Made by a program: the position numbers and the translations under genes
Shown: piece by piece, positions 49,727 through 60,181 of the stretch
How the letters are laid out: every line of letters begins with the position of its first letter
How positions within the stretch are numbered: the first letter of the stretch is position 1
Origin: Myxococcota bacterium
GTDB taxonomy: Bacteria; Myxococcota_A; UBA9160; UBA4427
DNA length: 64,000 nt
NCBI GenBank assembly: GCA_965250285.1
Contig: OZ252299.1
Span: 4,672,001 to 4,736,000, forward strand
Direction: 5' to 3'
Notes under the pieces: model-generated
Told to the model about the DNA's origin: nothing
The model's input: the letters and a program-made list of their open reading frames with translations, nothing else
The model's database searches: none

Positions 49727-50075
49727 GCGTGTGCTTCGCACCGCGCACTCGAACGTCCCCCCACTGCCGCATGGACGTCACACGCGCCCAGTAGATTGGT
49801 GCTGTACACGGTCGTGGGCGACACCACGCCAACCCGGCTCCCCCCCGACCCCACCTGCCCCGCCGGAATCCCAGTCCGGCCTGCGCGCGCCCGGCTGCCC
49901 CCCCAGCCTCGCGCGCCCCCGATCGCAGGTGGGGTCGGGCATCGGGCCCCTCGGCCGATCTGCCCGCCCTTCGAGTGCGCTCGTGTCACCCCAACGGCTC
50001 GGAAAGGTCGCATGCCCGTCACTCATCCGTGACGCAAACGGGCTTTCTTCACTTCCCCGAGTGGAGCCAGCCCTC

Positions 50076-50804
50076 ATGCAGTCCGCCGACAGATCGCGGG
50101 TCCTCGTCGCAGATCCGGACAAGAGCGCCCGAGAGCGCGTCAGCGGCAGCCTCGCAGTCAGCCCGGTCGACGTGCTCGAGGCCGAGACCGTCGAACAGGC
50201 GATCGGCGCGCTGGCCGAGACCGAGGTCGATCTCGTCCTGACCGAATTGCAGCTGCCCGATGCGTCGGGCTTCGTCTTGTGTCGCCGGCTGCGAGAGCGA
50301 GCCGACAGCCGCTACATCCCCGTGATCGTGCTCTCCGAGTGGGCGACCGAGACCGACCGGATCCTCGCCTTCGAGTGCGGCGCCGACGACTTCGTCGCCA
50401 AGCCCTACTTCGCACGTGAGCTGTCGAGCCGCATCGAAGCGGTGCTGCGTCGGCGCCAGCAGCGCGACACCGACGGTGCAGTCACCGAAGAAGCCAGCGC
50501 ACCCCAGCACGCGCCCGCCCCGTTCCGTCGTCCGCGCGAGGTCGTCTTCGACGGTCGGCCGCTCAAGCTCACGCCCAAGGAGCGGGCCCTGCTCGGCGCG
50601 TTGGCGAGCGCCGGCGGCCGGGTGCTGTCGCGAGAGGATCTGATCGCCCAGGTCTGGGGGGGCGCGCCGTCGCCCACCGCGCGCAGCGTCGACAGCCACA
50701 TCAAGTCGCTGCGCCGCAAGCTCTCCGACGCACCCGACTGCGTCGAGACGGTGCGCGGCGTCGGCTATCGCTTCGCGCCGCACCCGCTGCTCGACCTGAG
50801 ATAG
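50076..50804 (+). CDS. OmpR/PhoB-family response regulator with atypical receiver
   Basis: GADDFVAKPY; winged helix LTPKE...RSVDSHIKSLRRKL...ETVRGVGY. Confidence 0.9.
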   Translation: MQSADRSRVLVADPDKSARERVSGSLAVSPVDVLEAETVEQAIGALAETEVDLVLTELQLPDASGFVLCRRLRERADSRYIPVIVLSEWATETDRILAFECGADDFVAKPYFARELSSRIEAVLRRRQQRDTDGAVTEEASAPQHAPAPFRRPREVVFDGRPLKLTPKERALLGALASAGGRVLSREDLIAQVWGGAPSPTARSVDSHIKSLRRKLSDAPDCVETVRGVGYRFAPHPLLDLR

Positions 50805-50860
50805 ACCGACCTGGGCGGGTGCTGGCACCCCCATGGGCGATCGGCGATGCTCCCGCCCCC

Positions 50861-51955
50861 ATGGCACTCACCTGCGGCATCGTCGGCCTGCCCAACGTCG
50901 GCAAGAGCACCATCTTCAACGCGCTCACCGCCGCGGGGATCCAGGCCGAGAACTATCCCTTCTGCACGATCGAGCCGAACACCGGCGTCGTAACGGTGCC
51001 CGACGCGCGGCTCGGCGCGCTCGACGACATCGTCCATTCGGCGCAGGTCATCCCGACGACGATCGAGTTCGTCGACATCGCGGGGATCGTGAAGGGGGCC
51101 TCGAAGGGCGAGGGGCTCGGCAACAAGTTTCTCGCGAACATCCGCGAGACGACCGCGATCGTGCACGTCGTGCGCTGCTTCGACGACGACAACGTCGTGC
51201 ACGTCGACGGCGCCCCCGATCCGCTGCGCGACGTCGAGACGATCGAGGTCGAGCTCGGGCTGGCCGACATCGAGAGCGTCGAGAAGCGCCTCGACCGCGC
51301 CCGCAAGACGGCCAAGAGCGGCGACAAGCCGGCCAAGGCCGAAGTCGATTTCTTCGAGGGGCTGCTCGCGCACATCTCGGGGGGCGACGCCGCGCGGACG
51401 TTCGACGTGCCCGAGGCGATGGCGAGCGCCTATCGCGACTGCTTTCTGCTGACCGCGAAGCCGATCCTCTACGTCGCGAACGTCGATGACGCTGCGCTCG
51501 CCGATGGCAACGCATACAGCCAGGCCCTCGAGGCGCATGCCGCCGAGCGGGGCGCGGGCGTCGTGCGCATCTGCGGTCAGGTCGAGGCCGAGCTGTCCGA
51601 GCTCGAAGACGACGAGAAGCGCGAGTTCCTCGAAGAGCTCGGCGCCGACGAGCCCGGGCTGAATCGTCTGATTCGCGCGGCCTACGCGCTGCTCGAGCTG
51701 ATCACGTTCTTCACCGCGGGTGAGAAAGAGGTGCGCGCCTGGACGATCCGTCGCGGCGATCTCGCACCGCGCGCTGCGGGCACGATCCACAGCGACTTCG
51801 AGTCGAACTTCATCCGCGCCGAGGTGATTCCCTTCGAGACCTACGTCGAGCTCGGCGGCGAATCGGCCGCGAAAGACAAGGGGCAGATGCGTCTCGAGGG
51901 CAAAGAGTACGAGATGCAGGACGGCGACGTGGTGCACTTCCGCGTCGGTGTCTGA
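50861..51955 (+). CDS. ychF: Redox-regulated ATPase YchF
   Basis: GIVGLPNVGKST, NYPFCTIEPN and GEGLGNKFL motifs. Confidence 0.97.
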   Translation: MALTCGIVGLPNVGKSTIFNALTAAGIQAENYPFCTIEPNTGVVTVPDARLGALDDIVHSAQVIPTTIEFVDIAGIVKGASKGEGLGNKFLANIRETTAIVHVVRCFDDDNVVHVDGAPDPLRDVETIEVELGLADIESVEKRLDRARKTAKSGDKPAKAEVDFFEGLLAHISGGDAARTFDVPEAMASAYRDCFLLTAKPILYVANVDDAALADGNAYSQALEAHAAERGAGVVRICGQVEAELSELEDDEKREFLEELGADEPGLNRLIRAAYALLELITFFTAGEKEVRAWTIRRGDLAPRAAGTIHSDFESNFIRAEVIPFETYVELGGESAAKDKGQMRLEGKEYEMQDGDVVHFRVGV

Positions 51956-52027
51956 CACGCGACCCGCGAGGGGCGGCGCCCTGCGCGCGGCCCCGATGGC
52001 GTTCGCTCAAGAACACGAGGATCCGAG

Positions 52028-52522
52028 TTGGCCGGCCAGCGCAGTCACGAGCAGCTCACCCCCGAACAGGTGCTTCAGCGCTTCACGCGCGGGCCCGACA
52101 CGGGGGTCTTCACCGACGGGTCGTGCGAGCCCAACCCGGGACCGGGCGGATGGGGCTGGGTCTGGGTCGACGGGGGTGAGATTCGAGGCCAGGGACACGG
52201 CCATGATCCCGACACGACCAACAACCGCATGGAGCTCATGGCCCTGATCGAGGCCTACGGGGCCCTGCCGTCCGACGCGAAGGTCGTCGTGCACAGCGAC
52301 AGCCAGCTCTGCGTCAACACGGTCAACCAGTGGGCCGCCGGCTGGGAGAAGCGCGGCTGGAAGCGCAAGGGCGGCGAGGTCAAGAACGTCGACCTCGTGA
52401 AGCGCCTGTGGGCGCTGGCCCAGTCGAGGCCGGGCGTGAAGCTCGAGTGGATCAAGGCCCACGACGGGTCGCGCTGGAACGAGTACGCCGACGCCCTGGC
52501 CGGCACCTATCAGCGCCGCTGA
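52028..52522 (+). CDS. rnhA: Ribonuclease HI
   Basis: TDGSCEPNPGPGGW, TTNNRMEL and WIKAH...NEYAD motifs. Confidence 0.93.
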   Translation: MAGQRSHEQLTPEQVLQRFTRGPDTGVFTDGSCEPNPGPGGWGWVWVDGGEIRGQGHGHDPDTTNNRMELMALIEAYGALPSDAKVVVHSDSQLCVNTVNQWAAGWEKRGWKRKGGEVKNVDLVKRLWALAQSRPGVKLEWIKAHDGSRWNEYADALAGTYQRR

Positions 52523-52545
52523 ACGCTCGCGCCGACTCGGGTCGC

Positions 52546-53796
52546 TCAGGCCTCGGGCGTGTACCGCACGGCCATGTGCTTGACGCTCCGCACGAGGGCC
52601 GAGAGGCCGAACTCGGGGCCGCCCGCCTGATACTCGATGTCGGGCATTCGGCGCAGGATCTCGGCAAACGCGACGCGAAGCTCCATGCGCGCCAGGTTCG
52701 CCCCCAGGCAGAAGTGGTTGCCGATCCCGAACGCCACATGCTGGGCCTTGCGGTCGATGTCGAATCGCTCGGGGTCGTCGAACGCATCGGGGTCGCGATT
52801 CGCCGCGCCGTAGATCATCAGCACCTTCTGTCCCTCGGCGATCGGCACGCCGCGCAGCTCGGTGTCGCGCGTCGCCGTGCGCTGGAAGCTGAGCACCGGC
52901 GAGACCAGCCGCAGCATCTCTTCGACCGCTTGCGGGATCAGCGCGGGGTCGTCGATCAGACGCTGCCTCGCAGCGGGGTTCTCGATCAACAGCTGCATGC
53001 CGCCCGAAAGTGCGTTGCGGGTCGTCTCGTTTCCGGCAACGAGCAACAGCACGCACATCTTGATCAGCTCATCGGCGCTCATCTCGCGGTGCTCTTCGCT
53101 CCGCCCGAAGGCTTCTTCGATCACCTCGTTGTCGCGTGACTTCTTGTGCCCGAGCACGCCCTCGCTCTTCGCGCGCACGAGAATGCTGATCAGGTCTTCT
53201 CTCGGGTTCTCGCTTCGGTCGGCGATGATCTCGGTCAGATAGTTGTAGTACTCCATCGCCGCCTTCCCCGACTCGGCGATGATCTCGGGCTTATCGAGGT
53301 TGCCCTGGGCGGCGATCATCGCATCGGACCAGTAGTGAAATCGCTTTCGGTCTTCGGGCCGAATGCCGATCATCTCGGCGATCAGCAGGAGCGGCAGCGG
53401 CACCGCGATGTCGTCGACGAAGTCGCACTCGCCCTTCTTCGCGACCTCATCGAGCGTCTCGTCGGTGATGCGCTGAAACACCTCCTGCCAATGGCTCACC
53501 ATGCGGGGCGTGAAGCCGCGGTTGATCAGGCTGCGCATCTCGCCGTGCCGCGGCTCGTCTTCGTCGATCAAGCCGATCGCAGACGCGGCGAGTCGGCCGG
53601 GCAGCACGCCCTGCCCCGAGCAGAAGATGTCGTTGTTCTTCGAGACGTGGACGACGTCGTCGAAGCGCGTGACGATGAACGCCCCCGTCAGTTCGCTCCA
53701 GAAGACGGGCTCTACTTCGCGCATCTCACGCAGACGCTCGGGCATGTTCGCATCGAAGCCCTCGGCAGCGGCGAAGTCGATGTCCTGGATGGCCAT
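52546..53796 (-). CDS. Cytochrome P450
   Basis: AGNETT, EEMLR and FGIGNHFCLG motifs. Confidence 0.95.
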   Translation of the reverse strand: MAIQDIDFAAAEGFDANMPERLREMREVEPVFWSELTGAFIVTRFDDVVHVSKNNDIFCSGQGVLPGRLAASAIGLIDEDEPRHGEMRSLINRGFTPRMVSHWQEVFQRITDETLDEVAKKGECDFVDDIAVPLPLLLIAEMIGIRPEDRKRFHYWSDAMIAAQGNLDKPEIIAESGKAAMEYYNYLTEIIADRSENPREDLISILVRAKSEGVLGHKKSRDNEVIEEAFGRSEEHREMSADELIKMCVLLLVAGNETTRNALSGGMQLLIENPAARQRLIDDPALIPQAVEEMLRLVSPVLSFQRTATRDTELRGVPIAEGQKVLMIYGAANRDPDAFDDPERFDIDRKAQHVAFGIGNHFCLGANLARMELRVAFAEILRRMPDIEYQAGGPEFGLSALVRSVKHMAVRYTPEA

Positions 53797-53839
53797 GGTC
53801 GCTTCCTCTCGTTCTCTTCTCGGTCGAATGCAGCGGGCG

Positions 53840-54652
53840 CTAGCGCGCCTTGAACACCGGGTCGCGTCGTTCGACGAACGAAGCGACCCCCTCGGCTGCG
53901 TCTTCGCTGTTGGCCAGGCGCTGCTGCACCTCGCGGAACTCGGCCACGGCTGCACCCGGGCCTTCATCGAGCGCAAGCCGCGCGTTGGCCTTCGTGGCCT
54001 GAATCGCGAGCGGCGCGAGCTTCGTGATCTTCTCGGCGAGCTCGATGGCGCGATCGAACTGGGTGCCGGCAGGCACAACCTCTTGCACGAACCCACAGCG
54101 ATGGGCTTCGGCCGAATCGAACTCGTCGACGACGAGCAAGTGGTACATCGCGTTGCCCCAACCGCCACGCTCGACGAATCGAATCGTCGCACCCCCCGTC
54201 GCCATGATGCCGCGGCGCGGTTCGAGCTGGCTGAAGCGACAGTCGTCGGCCGCCACGACGATGTCGCACGCGAGCATCAGCTCGATGCCCGCCGTATAGG
54301 TGATGCCGTGCACCGCGCACACGACCGGCTTGCTGCAGCGCCGGGCCTGCAACCCAAACGGGTCGACGCGCTTGGGCGCGTCTTCCTTGCGGGCGCCACC
54401 GCCCCCCTTCATGCCCTCGGACCACTTGGGCAGATCGAGCCCGGCGGTGAAGCCGCGGTCGCCGTGGCCGAACACGACGCCGGCGAAGAGCGTCTCGTCG
54501 TCGTCGAGGGTCGTGAACGCATCGGCGAGCTCACTCGACATCTTCGGCGTGAGGCCGTTCAGCTTCTCGGGGCGGTCGAGACCGATCAGCAAAAGGGCGC
54601 CGCGGCGCTCGACGGTCACGCCGCCATCGGGATGTCGATCGGCATCGGCCAT
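53840..54652 (-). CDS. Enoyl-CoA hydratase/crotonase family
   Basis: FTAGLDL and KPVVCAVHG motifs; EGVASFVERRDPVF. Confidence 0.92.
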   Translation of the reverse strand: MADADRHPDGGVTVERRGALLLIGLDRPEKLNGLTPKMSSELADAFTTLDDDETLFAGVVFGHGDRGFTAGLDLPKWSEGMKGGGGARKEDAPKRVDPFGLQARRCSKPVVCAVHGITYTAGIELMLACDIVVAADDCRFSQLEPRRGIMATGGATIRFVERGGWGNAMYHLLVVDEFDSAEAHRCGFVQEVVPAGTQFDRAIELAEKITKLAPLAIQATKANARLALDEGPGAAVAEFREVQQRLANSEDAAEGVASFVERRDPVFKAR

Positions 54653-54836
54653 GTATGTCTTCCTCCAGGCGAAACCCGACTGAGGCGGGACAGGAGAAGA
54701 TAGACGGCTGCGGCAGCGCTTTCGATGGACGAATGGGGGGCAACGGCCTATTCCAACGGCCCGAACGAGCCCATCTGCGTCGTCCGGCAACCGGCCGAAT
54801 GAGCGCCGAATCGCGACCAGGAGACGGCCCCAAGCC

Positions 54837-55733
54837 ATGAGCCAGCGCACCGTCGTCATCGCAGGATCGACCGGATACATCGGCAAGTTCGCCGTGCAGG
54901 CCTTCAAGTCTGCCGGCTACCGGGTGCGCGCGCTCACCCGCAGCGAGGCGCGACTCGCGAAGGCCGGGCCTTTCCACGCCCCGGCCGTACGCGAGCTGTG
55001 CGACGAGGTCGCGGTCGCCGAGGTCACGAAGCCCGAAACGCTCGCCGAGGCAATGCGCGGCGCCGACGTCGTCTTCTCGAGCGTCGGCATCTCGCGCCAG
55101 CGCGACATGCTCTCGTTCGAGCAGGTCGACTACCAGTGCAACCGCAATCTCATCGACTCGGCCGAGGCCGCGGGCGTGAAGAAGTTCGTCTACGTCTCGA
55201 TGTGGGGCGCCGAAGAGATCGCCGACCTCGCGATCACCATCGCCCACGAGAAGGTGGTGCGCGATCTGGCGGCCTCGTCGATGGACTACGCGGTGATTCG
55301 GCCCGGCGGCTATTTCAGCGACATGGGCGTCTTGATGGACATGGCGAAGAAGGGCCGGTCGTGGATCGTCGGCGACGGCACCAACCGCTTCAACCCCGTG
55401 CACGGCCTCGACGTAGCCGAGGTCGCCGTCGCCGCGGTCGACTCGAGCGAGAAGGAGCACGGCATCGGCGGCCCCGACATCTACACGCAGAACGAGGCCG
55501 CCGAGCTCGCCTACGACGTGCTCGGCACCGAGCCCAGACTCACGCACATCCCGATGGGATTGATGAAGGTCGGCGTCAAGGTCGTGCGCTTGCTCAACAC
55601 CCAGTTCGGCGACCTGTTCGACTTCATCGTCACCGCCGGCGAGATCGACGGCGTCGCACCCTGCAACGGCAAGCGCACGCTTCGAGCTCACTTCGAGGAG
55701 CTGGCGAAGTCGCGTCAGGCGTCGGGCGCGTAG
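54837..55733 (+). CDS. NAD(P)H-binding atypical SDR
   Basis: AGSTGYIG and RPGGYFSD motifs. Confidence 0.88.
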   Translation: MSQRTVVIAGSTGYIGKFAVQAFKSAGYRVRALTRSEARLAKAGPFHAPAVRELCDEVAVAEVTKPETLAEAMRGADVVFSSVGISRQRDMLSFEQVDYQCNRNLIDSAEAAGVKKFVYVSMWGAEEIADLAITIAHEKVVRDLAASSMDYAVIRPGGYFSDMGVLMDMAKKGRSWIVGDGTNRFNPVHGLDVAEVAVAAVDSSEKEHGIGGPDIYTQNEAAELAYDVLGTEPRLTHIPMGLMKVGVKVVRLLNTQFGDLFDFIVTAGEIDGVAPCNGKRTLRAHFEELAKSRQASGA

Positions 55734-56374
55734 CGCTCCCAGTGGAGCTTGTCGTCGATGGGCTTGCGCGGCGGCTGCCCGTGCTTGCCGAGGGGCCAGC
55801 CGATCGGGATCAACGCCGAGCTCGGGGTCTTCTCCGAGAGCCCGAGATAGTCGTCGATCTCGCGCTGGAACGTGCGGTGCACGGTCGTCAGCGACGCGCC
55901 GAGCCCGACCGCGCGGCAGGCGAGCAGGACGTTCTGGATGCAGGGATAGATCGCCTGCGACTGCTCCTGCCCGCGGCGGGTCCAGCCCGCGACGAAGAGG
56001 TGGACGGGCGCTTCATGCAGATGATCGGCGAGGTGCAGCGCCGCCTTCATGTTGCGCAGCTTCGCGGGCGAAAAGTCGGGATCGGCCTCGGCGGCCTCGA
56101 AAGCGGGTCGAATGTAGGCGTGGAACGACGTGCGATAGCGCTCGGCGATCCACGCACGGCGCTCGGGCTCGGTCACCACGACGAACGTCCACGGCTGGCG
56201 ATTGCCCCCCGACGGCGCCCAGATGCCCGCCTCGCACACCTTGCGAATCAACCCCTTCGGCACGGGGTCGGGCCTCAGCCGGCGAATCGCGCGGGCGGTG
56301 CGGATCGTCTCGAAGAGCAGCGCGCCTTCGCCCGCATGGGCGATCTCATCGTCGGTCATCTCGCCCGTGCTCAC
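55715..56374 (-). CDS. Nitroreductase family protein
   Basis: RAIRRLRPDPVP and APSGGNRQPW motifs; start 56374 or 56359. Confidence 0.9.
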   Translation of the reverse strand: MSTGEMTDDEIAHAGEGALLFETIRTARAIRRLRPDPVPKGLIRKVCEAGIWAPSGGNRQPWTFVVVTEPERRAWIAERYRTSFHAYIRPAFEAAEADPDFSPAKLRNMKAALHLADHLHEAPVHLFVAGWTRRGQEQSQAIYPCIQNVLLACRAVGLGASLTTVHRTFQREIDDYLGLSEKTPSSALIPIGWPLGKHGQPPRKPIDDKLHWERYAPDA

Positions 56375-56796
56375 TTCGGCACCGGGGTCTTGCCCATCTT
56401 CAGCACCTGCTTGAATTCGGCGGCGGTGACGGGCACGACGGACAAGCGGCCGCGGGTGATGAGCTGCATCTCGGCGAGCTTCGGCTCGGCCTTCACCTGC
56501 GCGAGGGTCACGGGCACCTTCAGAGGCGCCACCGGAGCGACGTCGACGACGCACCAGCGATCGTCGTCCGTCGTGGGATCGGGGTACGACTCGCCGACGA
56601 TCTTCGCGACGCCGACGACCTCCTTGCCCTCGTTCGAGTGGTAGTAGAGCGCGAAGTCGCCCTGCTTCATGGCCTGCATGTGGTTGCGGGCCTCGTAGTT
56701 GCGGACGCCGTCCCAGTACGTCTTCTTGTCCTTCACGAGCTCGTCCCACGAGTACTTGAAGGGCTCCGACTTCATCAACCAGTACTTGCGCGGCAT
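56371..56796 (-). CDS. EVE domain protein
   Basis: YWLMKSEP, WDGVRNYEARN and RLSVVPV motifs. Confidence 0.93.
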   Translation of the reverse strand: MPRKYWLMKSEPFKYSWDELVKDKKTYWDGVRNYEARNHMQAMKQGDFALYYHSNEGKEVVGVAKIVGESYPDPTTDDDRWCVVDVAPVAPLKVPVTLAQVKAEPKLAEMQLITRGRLSVVPVTAAEFKQVLKMGKTPVPK

Positions 56797-56894
56797 CTCC
56801 ACCTCCACCCGGTATGCTGTGTCGCTTCGGGCCGTCGTGACCCGAGAATCGCCGTGTCGTCTCGAGCCGTGTCGACCCGGGAGGGGAGCATCGC

Positions 56895-57836
56895 ATGAGT
56901 GACGCGAGCGAAAAAGCACCGGGCGACGACGATCTGCAGATCGGCCCCGTGCACGTGCTGATCGGGCATCGCGGCGGTCGCTATCCCGAAGGCAACTCGA
57001 TCCTCGTGAAGGGCCGCGATGCGACGGCGATCATCGACCCGTCGGTGGGCCTGTGGCAGCGCACCGAGACCCTCCCTCAGGTCGACCTGGTACTCGGCAG
57101 CCACTGCCACGAAGACCACATCGCCGGTTACCCGCTCTTTCCCGACGCGCCGGTGCACCTGCACGAGGCCGACGCGATCGGGCTCTCGGGCCTCGATGCG
57201 ATGCTCGCGATCTACGGCTTCACCGGGCAGACCAAAGCCGGCTTCGAGCAGGTGCTCGTCGACCAGTTCCACTACGAAGTGCGCGAAGAGGTCGAGCTGC
57301 TGGCCGATGGCGACGAGATCGACCTGGGCGGCGTCGAGATCGAGGTGATGCACACACCCGGTCACACACGCGGGCACTGCTGCTTCATGGTTCGCTGGCG
57401 CGACGGCGACGAAGAGAAGCGCCTGCTCTATCTGGGCGACATCGAGCTCACGAGCTTCGGCCCCTACTACGGCGACGCCTGGTCGAACCTCGAAGACTTC
57501 GAGCGGAGCCTCGCCCGGGTGCGCGCGCTCGACGCCGACTGGTACGCGACGTTCCACCACATCGGGGTGCTCGAAGGCCAGGCGGCCTTCCTCGAGCGAC
57601 TCGATGTCTTCGAAGCGAAGATCGCAGACCGCGAAGCCAAGCTGCTCGCGTATCTGACCGAGCCGCGCTCGATGGCGGACATCGCCGCGCACCGCTTCGT
57701 CTACCGCCCGGGCGACGACGTGCCGTGGGCCGAGTTCACCGAGCGCCGCAGCGCCGAGCAGCACATCGCGCGCTGGGTCGAGCGCGGCGTGGTGAAGGAT
57801 TGCGGCGACGGCCGCTGGCAGCGCGCCGACGCCTGA
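56895..57836 (+). CDS. MBL-fold metallo-hydrolase
   Basis: SHCHEDH and TPGHTRGH motifs. Confidence 0.88.
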   Translation: MSDASEKAPGDDDLQIGPVHVLIGHRGGRYPEGNSILVKGRDATAIIDPSVGLWQRTETLPQVDLVLGSHCHEDHIAGYPLFPDAPVHLHEADAIGLSGLDAMLAIYGFTGQTKAGFEQVLVDQFHYEVREEVELLADGDEIDLGGVEIEVMHTPGHTRGHCCFMVRWRDGDEEKRLLYLGDIELTSFGPYYGDAWSNLEDFERSLARVRALDADWYATFHHIGVLEGQAAFLERLDVFEAKIADREAKLLAYLTEPRSMADIAAHRFVYRPGDDVPWAEFTERRSAEQHIARWVERGVVKDCGDGRWQRADA

Positions 57837-57853
57837 GCGTCACCCAGCGCAGC

Positions 57854-59056
57854 TCAGCTCGGCGGTGTGTGGCGCTCGGTCACGCTTCGAGCGATTCGCA
57901 GCAGCATCGGCTTCGAGATGAGCCGCGTCGCGAGCAGCGCACGCAGATAGTTCATCCAGCCGACGACCACCGAAGGCTGCCGGCCGAGCGCTTCGAGCGC
58001 CGTGTCGACGACGTCGTCCACGCTGGCCCCCGCATGTTCGACCTGACCCGAGACGGCCTGAAATTCCGTCTCGACGGTGCCCGGCTCGACGACCAGCACG
58101 TCGACACCTGTGCCCGACATCTCGTCGGAGAGGGCCTCGCCGAAGAACTTGTCGAACGCCTTGGTGGCGGCGTAGACACCGTGCTGCGGGAGCGGCTGCC
58201 AGCCCGCAGCCGAGCCGATGATGATGATGCCCGCGCGTCCGCGCTGCTTCATCGGCGGCAACAGCCGGTGGGTGATCGACATCGTCGCGGCGCAGTTGAG
58301 CTGCACCATCTCCTCGAGTCGCGAGACGTCCTGCCCTTCGAACGGGCCCTGCAGCCCGAAACCCGCGTTGTTGACGAGGAGGCCGACGTCGAGCTCGGCC
58401 ACCGCGTCGGCGAGCTTCGACGCGGCGCCCTCCGTCGACAGATCGAGCTCGATGACGCGGGTTTCGACCTCGTGTCGCTCCTCGAGCTCGCCGGCGAGCG
58501 TCTCGAGGCGATCCTTTCTTCGGGCGACGAGCGCGACGGACAAGCCTTCGCGCGCGGCGGCCCTGGCGAAGCCGGCACCGATGCCCGCCGAGGCGCCCGT
58601 CACCACGGCCCAGCCGCCATAGCGCTCGCCGAGCGGTGTCGGGTCGGCGAGAAAGAGCTCGCGCCTGTTCCAGAACGCCGCGGTGAGCGCAGCGAAGGGA
58701 ATGACCGAGATGACACCGAGCGCGAAGCCGGTGAGACCCCCATATTGCAGCACCGGCCAGAGGAACATGCCGAACGCGACCTGGGCCGTGTAGGCAGGCG
58801 CAGCCAGCGCCATCCACGGACGCATGCGGCGAAAGCCGTAGAGGCCACCGGCGTAGACCATCCAGTGCGGGATCGCGAGCCACTTTGCGGCCGCACCGTG
58901 AAAGAGCAGGCCGAACCACACCTCTTCGTCGGCTTCGACCGGCTTGATGAAGAGATCCCAGGGGACGTAGACGAAGGTCATCCAAGCGCAGAACACCATG
59001 ACGGCGTTCATCCAGGCCGGGCGACCTTCGAATACCTCGTGGAGCCACTCGCGCAT
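57854..59056 (-). CDS. Classical SDR fused to an N-terminal multi-TM domain
   Basis: About 140-aa membrane domain, then TGASAGIG, NNAG and YAATK. Confidence 0.85.
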   Translation of the reverse strand: MREWLHEVFEGRPAWMNAVMVFCAWMTFVYVPWDLFIKPVEADEEVWFGLLFHGAAAKWLAIPHWMVYAGGLYGFRRMRPWMALAAPAYTAQVAFGMFLWPVLQYGGLTGFALGVISVIPFAALTAAFWNRRELFLADPTPLGERYGGWAVVTGASAGIGAGFARAAAREGLSVALVARRKDRLETLAGELEERHEVETRVIELDLSTEGAASKLADAVAELDVGLLVNNAGFGLQGPFEGQDVSRLEEMVQLNCAATMSITHRLLPPMKQRGRAGIIIIGSAAGWQPLPQHGVYAATKAFDKFFGEALSDEMSGTGVDVLVVEPGTVETEFQAVSGQVEHAGASVDDVVDTALEALGRQPSVVVGWMNYLRALLATRLISKPMLLRIARSVTERHTPPS

Positions 59057-59081
59057 CGCGTGCCCTCCGGTCGCCGCAAAC

Positions 59082-59741
59082 CTACCGCGTTCGGCGCGGG
59101 GCGGCTCCGCGATCACGCGTGCGGCGCCGTGGATTGCGATGTTGATGCGTGATCTGCCGATCGATCATCGTGTCGAACACGCGAAGGAGCCCCTCCAGAC
59201 CCGCGGTCTCGGGCTCGAGCAGCTGGAGGGCGCGAATGACCGCCTCGAGGGTCGACACGTACTCGGGTCGCGGCGCCTTGCGAATTCGGTAGCGCGTCGG
59301 CGCGAGCGGACGCAGCGCGAAGTGCGGGCGATCGTGCAGCCACGCGTTCGCGCGGTGCAGGTTGCGCGCCTGCGACCAGGTACCGTCGAGGACGACGAGG
59401 GCGGCGGGGCGCTCTTCGGGGGTGAGATCTTCGAGGAAGCGGGCGTCGTGAGCGGGGAACAGCACGCCGACATCGGGCTCGAGCTCGAAGCGCTCTTCGA
59501 GGCTGCGGGTGAAACAGTCCCTCGGCACCACGATGCGCGCCCGCTCGAGACCGAGCTGAACGATGCGCGCCGTCCCGATTGCATGGAACCGTTCGCGCGG
59601 GTGCTGCAGCACCGTCACGTGCGTTCGATTGGCGACCGGTTCGATCAGCTCACAGAGGCAGTGGGCGACGGGCTTGAAGCACGCGTGGCAGCGAACCCGG
59701 ACGGACCCGTCGCCGGACGTTCCGACCTCGGGCGCGCTCAA
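59082..59741 (-). CDS. DTW-domain tRNA aminocarboxypropyltransferase (TapT/YfiP-like)
   Basis: CHAC...[16 protein letters not shown] and STLEA motifs. Confidence 0.88.
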   Translation of the reverse strand: MSAPEVGTSGDGSVRVRCHACFKPVAHCLCELIEPVANRTHVTVLQHPRERFHAIGTARIVQLGLERARIVVPRDCFTRSLEERFELEPDVGVLFPAHDARFLEDLTPEERPAALVVLDGTWSQARNLHRANAWLHDRPHFALRPLAPTRYRIRKAPRPEYVSTLEAVIRALQLLEPETAGLEGLLRVFDTMIDRQITHQHRNPRRRTRDRGAAPRRTR

Positions 59742-60181
59742 GCCCGGGGCGCCCGCGAATCGGCGCGCGAGACGAGCCGCAGACAGAGCGGATAATCGTA
59801 GAGCTCGCCCCGGCTCGCGCGCAGCGCCGCGATGATGATCACGACGACATCGAAGATCAAGATCAGCGGCGCGAGCACGAAGCCGATCAACACGAACATC
59901 AGCGCACTCGCAACCAGCATGTACAGCGTGATCGAGATCTGGAAGTTGAGCGCCTCGCGGGCGTGATGCTCGACGAAGTCGGATTCGTCGCGCTTCGCGA
60001 GCCACACGGCCGCCGGCCCGGCGATGTTGCCCAGCGGCACCACGTAGCCCGCGAACGCCAGCAGCGCCGCCGCGACGCCCCAGTTGGCCTCCTCGGGCGT
60101 GACGTCGCCGCCGACACCGGGCGGGCGGAGCCCTGCCTCTCGTTCCCAGCTGCGCTCTTCTTCACGCCACGGATCGCTCAT
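59738..60181 (-). CDS. DUF4870 membrane protein
   Basis: [11 protein letters not shown] and YDYP motifs. Confidence 0.88.
   Translation of the reverse strand: MSDPWREEERSWEREAGLRPPGVGGDVTPEEANWGVAAALLAFAGYVVPLGNIAGPAAVWLAKRDESDFVEHHAREALNFQISITLYMLVASALMFVLIGFVLAPLILIFDVVVIIIAALRASRGELYDYPLCLRLVSRADSRAPRA

Noticed and set aside
52028..52522. RNase H as part of a retron or retroelement
   Set aside because: Ordinary RNase HI next to ychF; no reverse transcriptase in the window.
56371..56796. EVE protein as modification-dependent defence
   Set aside because: Stand-alone widespread type with no nuclease or toxin partner nearby.
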